Shown one piece after another: positions 61,090 through 64,000 of a stretch of 64,000 nt of DNA (the stretch's first letter is position 1; the number at the start of each line of letters is the position of its first letter). The notes under the pieces are model-generated. The model made no database searches, was not told where the DNA came from, and worked only from the letters and a program-made list of their open reading frames with translations. Source of the DNA: Blastocystis sp. Blastoise (Eukaryota; Protista; Bigyra: Opalinata); the NCBI GenBank assembly GCA_039096225.1, contig JBBPEB010000004.1, positions 558,001 through 622,000 of the forward strand. Direction: 5' to 3'. The position numbers were made by a program, and so were the translations under genes.

Positions 61090-64000
61090 ATGCAATCAGC
61101 AATCCATTTTAGTAACAACGGTGAAGTTCCGGAGTCAAAACTCCAAGTTGATCTGAAGATCAGAGATAAATCTGGGTCTACGAACCTGGCGTCTTCTTCT
61201 GCTCCTAGCCCTAGCGATGAGAACAGTTTACAGATAAACGAGAAACGAATTAAATCTGTGGAAGATGAGAAAAACGAAAAACAAAAAAATTATGATGAAA
61301 ATGGTGATCCAAGATCAAAATTGGTTTTTTCCGGATTTGAAATCCCACAAAACTCCGAGTTCTCCCGTGATTCTACTACTACTAAAATAGATCCTCAAAA
61401 TAAACAAGATTATTCTTTAAATACTAAAGAATTAATAGACTTATCTCTTACTGGTTCAACTACTACAACTACAAACAATTCTTCTAACTGGGTACTTTCT
61501 GAAAGTGATACCCTCTACGTAGATACTACTTCCTCGGCTAAGAAACGAATTATGTCTCCGATATCTACACAATACAAGTCTATTCGAAAAAGAGTGGATA
61601 CTCCTTTGAACCCTCCTCTTGACTCTTCTCTACAAGTGAATTCTGAACCTTTGAAACCTTCTACTGAAAATACTTCTGAAAAGAAAGATGAATCTTGGTC
61701 TTCTACTGGTTGGTCTTCTGATGCCTTTGCTAAGTCTTGGTCTACTAATGTAAACATTTGGATTGATTATGATGATCCTAAACAAAACGTGAAATCTACT
61801 CAAAAATCTACTACCAATCTTGGACTTCCTACACAAAATACGACTCTAAATCAACAAAATGATGTACCTATGGTTATTTCGGTGGCTACAAACACTCTTA
61901 ATGAAAATTCTACTACTATTATTTCTTCTAATGCGTTATCTACTCCTGAAAATGTGTCCTCTACAAAAGAATCCCTGTTGAACAATTCTACTAACGAATC
62001 TACTAATTTATCTATTATTTCTACTCATGAAAATATTCCTACTGTTAACATTACACAATCTAATTCTACTGTTTTAAATACTTCTGAATCTACTAATTTA
62101 ATGAATTCTTCTAATGCTATTGATTCTTCTGCTTTTGTTGATTCTACTAATTCTATTTATTCTTCTGCTTCTATGGTTTCTTCTAATGCTCTTGATTCTT
62201 CTGCTCCTATGGATTCTTCTTTTTCTATGGATTCTTCTGATTCTATAAACTCTCCTGATGCTATAAATTCTCCTGAATCTTCTGATTCTCCTCCTACTCC
62301 TACACTTAGTCAATTACTACACAATAGAATATTCCCAAATGATACGAATCCTCCTTCTTGGGCAAGAAATCCTACACTAGAACTATCTCCTTCTTTATCT
62401 ACATCTTCAAATACTACTATAATAGATACTGCTACAATTACAAATAATACTCCTATTGGAAATGAAATTATTCATCCTTCTATACAAACTACCTCCCTTT
62501 TATCCTCTGAAGATGAACCTATTTCTATCAATTTAAATAATACCGAACAAGAGGATCAAGATATATATACGAATTCTGATTCTAATATAGAAATACCTAT
62601 ACTTACTCCTAATGATATAATAGATGAAAATGAGATTCCTACAAATGAAACTATACTAAATACTATTGAAAATAATGAATTTATTCTTTCTTTTCCTACT
62701 AATATATATACTATTACTTCTCCTCCTAAAGATTTTCCTACTAAATTTAATTGGCTTTTCCCGGCAAAACCTGAATTTCTAATTGGTTATAACACAATAA
62801 AAAAACATAAAAATGGAAAGAAATGGAATAATATAGAATCCTTAAAGGAATTTATAAATCACTTCACTTTAATGTTTATCTACGAGAAAAGAAAAAATAG
62901 GCCTAGAATTCAAAAAAGAATTACCCGCCAAAAAGCATTCTCCATGTTATTCCCTCAGTCAAGTGTGAATACACTGTTCTACTTACTACGAACTCTCAGA
63001 AATATTTATTCAAATAAACATAGAAATTCTAGTGCTCCAATAAATGAAGTAGCGAAACAAAATGAAATCCCTATACAAGAAAGAATAACTCCAAGTGATA
63101 CAACAAATAACTATATACAAAATGAAATTGAGGATAATACACATACTAATATGGGTACCTTTTTATCTCCTGTTCCTTCTGATTCTATAACTACTATTGA
63201 ACCTACTATTCCTTCTATCTCAAATTCTATAATTAATTCTAATTCTATTCCTATACATATTTCTTCTTCTTCTACAAATACTACAAATAATATTGATACT
63301 CCTATTATCATGAATACTACTATAAATCCAGATGATCATACTATAATAGAATCTTCTATATCTATAGAATCTCCTATTACAGTCAATATTTCTTCTACTA
63401 TAGAATCTCCTATATCTATAGAATCTCCTTCTAATATAGATTCAACAAACTTATCTTCTTCTATGAATATAGATCAAATAAATACCAATATAATAAACAA
63501 TACTATTATATCTTCTCCTTCTATAAATAATACTCAATTGTCTCCTAATAGTTCTATAGAAAATATAGATATGGAATTAGATATAGATATTAATAGTATT
63601 CCTTCTACTTTGAATACTATCGATTCTAATACAAATAATATTAATCAGCAAAAGGAATCTATCCATAAGGATTTAGTAAATAATACTATGAATATTACTA
63701 CAAACAAGGAGATTACTACATCTATAACTAATGAAGAAGAAAATACACAAAATAAGAGAAATACTATTAATCTTGATGAAACTAATACTCAAATGAATAA
63801 TACAACTACAATACAGAATCGAAATGAATACTATGATGTATCTTCTGATGAATCGATAATTAATATTTCTTCTACATCCACTTCAACTACTACCTCTCCT
63901 ATGAATTCTCCTATTCCTCTTGAAAATCATATAAGTCTCTCGAATATAGATTTTAATTTTACTCCACTTAATTCTACTCAAAAAGACATAAATGGATCTA
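61090..64000 (+). CDS. Unknown intronless Ser/Thr/Asn-rich protein, at least 970 aa, truncated by window end
   Basis: Translated by hand with no stop from ATG 61090 to 64000. Missing from the ORF track, presumably because it has no stop. Begins MQSAIHFSNNGEVPESK. Confidence 0.85.
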   Translation, partial: MQSAIHFSNNGEVPESKLQVDLKIRDKSGSTNLASSSAPSPSDENSLQINEKRIKSVEDEKNEKQKNYDENGDPRSKLVFSGFEIPQNSEFSRDSTTTKIDPQNKQDYSLNTKELIDLSLTGSTTTTTNNSSNWVLSESDTLYVDTTSSAKKRIMSPISTQYKSIRKRVDTPLNPPLDSSLQVNSEPLKPSTENTSEKKDESWSSTGWSSDAFAKSWSTNVNIWIDYDDPKQNVKSTQKSTTNLGLPTQNTTLNQQNDVPMVISVATNTLNENSTTIISSNALSTPENVSSTKESLLNNSTNESTNLSIISTHENIPTVNITQSNSTVLNTSESTNLMNSSNAIDSSAFVDSTNSIYSSASMVSSNALDSSAPMDSSFSMDSSDSINSPDAINSPESSDSPPTPTLSQLLHNRIFPNDTNPPSWARNPTLELSPSLSTSSNTTIIDTATITNNTPIGNEIIHPSIQTTSLLSSEDEPISINLNNTEQEDQDIYTNSDSNIEIPILTPNDIIDENEIPTNETILNTIENNEFILSFPTNIYTITSPPKDFPTKFNWLFPAKPEFLIGYNTIKKHKNGKKWNNIESLKEFINHFTLMFIYEKRKNRPRIQKRITRQKAFSMLFPQSSVNTLFYLLRTLRNIYSNKHRNSSAPINEVAKQNEIPIQERITPSDTTNNYIQNEIEDNTHTNMGTFLSPVPSDSITTIEPTIPSISNSIINSNSIPIHISSSSTNTTNNIDTPIIMNTTINPDDHTIIESSISIESPITVNISSTIESPISIESPSNIDSTNLSSSMNIDQINTNIINNTIISSPSINNTQLSPNSSIENIDMELDIDINSIPSTLNTIDSNTNNINQQKESIHKDLVNNTMNITTNKEITTSITNEEENTQNKRNTINLDETNTQMNNTTTIQNRNEYYDVSSDESIINISSTSTSTTTSPMNSPIPLENHISLSNIDFNFTPLNSTQKDINGS

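Noticed and set aside
61515-63311. Minus-strand ORFs of 66-80 aa
   Set aside because: Antisense shadows of the long plus-strand ORF.

Overview
Very AT-rich, intron-dense eukaryotic DNA in the standard genetic code. Gene content (GH29 fucosidase, BTB-LRR, large Ig/HormR-repeat surface protein, AT-AC introns) suggests a Blastocystis-like gut stramenopile; this is an inference. Most short ORFs in the supplied track are microsatellite artefacts, so I spliced the genes by hand. Host genes: alpha-L-fucosidase (5' end only), SANT-ABCF, GH35 beta-galactosidase, oligopeptidase B-like, DJ-1, class 3 lipase, glycosyltransferase-like/methyltransferase-like fusion, coatomer beta', ankyrin protein, surface protein, mitochondrial carrier, GNAT, BTB-LRR, DUF389 and a UEV-kinase. 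There are also tRNA-Pro(UGG) and tRNA-Lys(UUU). Highlights: (1) a 4.4-kb non-coding Helitron-like element in one intron, which joins two apparent genes into one; (2) an intact DD35D pogo/Fot1-like transposon with 153-bp TIRs; (3) three U12-type AT-AC introns and one apparent GG-AG intron; (4) introns that are essentially pure (AT)n; (5) an intronless ORF of at least 970 codons starting 29 nt after tRNA-Lys, whose frame is also open through the tRNA, and which runs off the window end. CDS coordinates are start-to-stop spans including introns.
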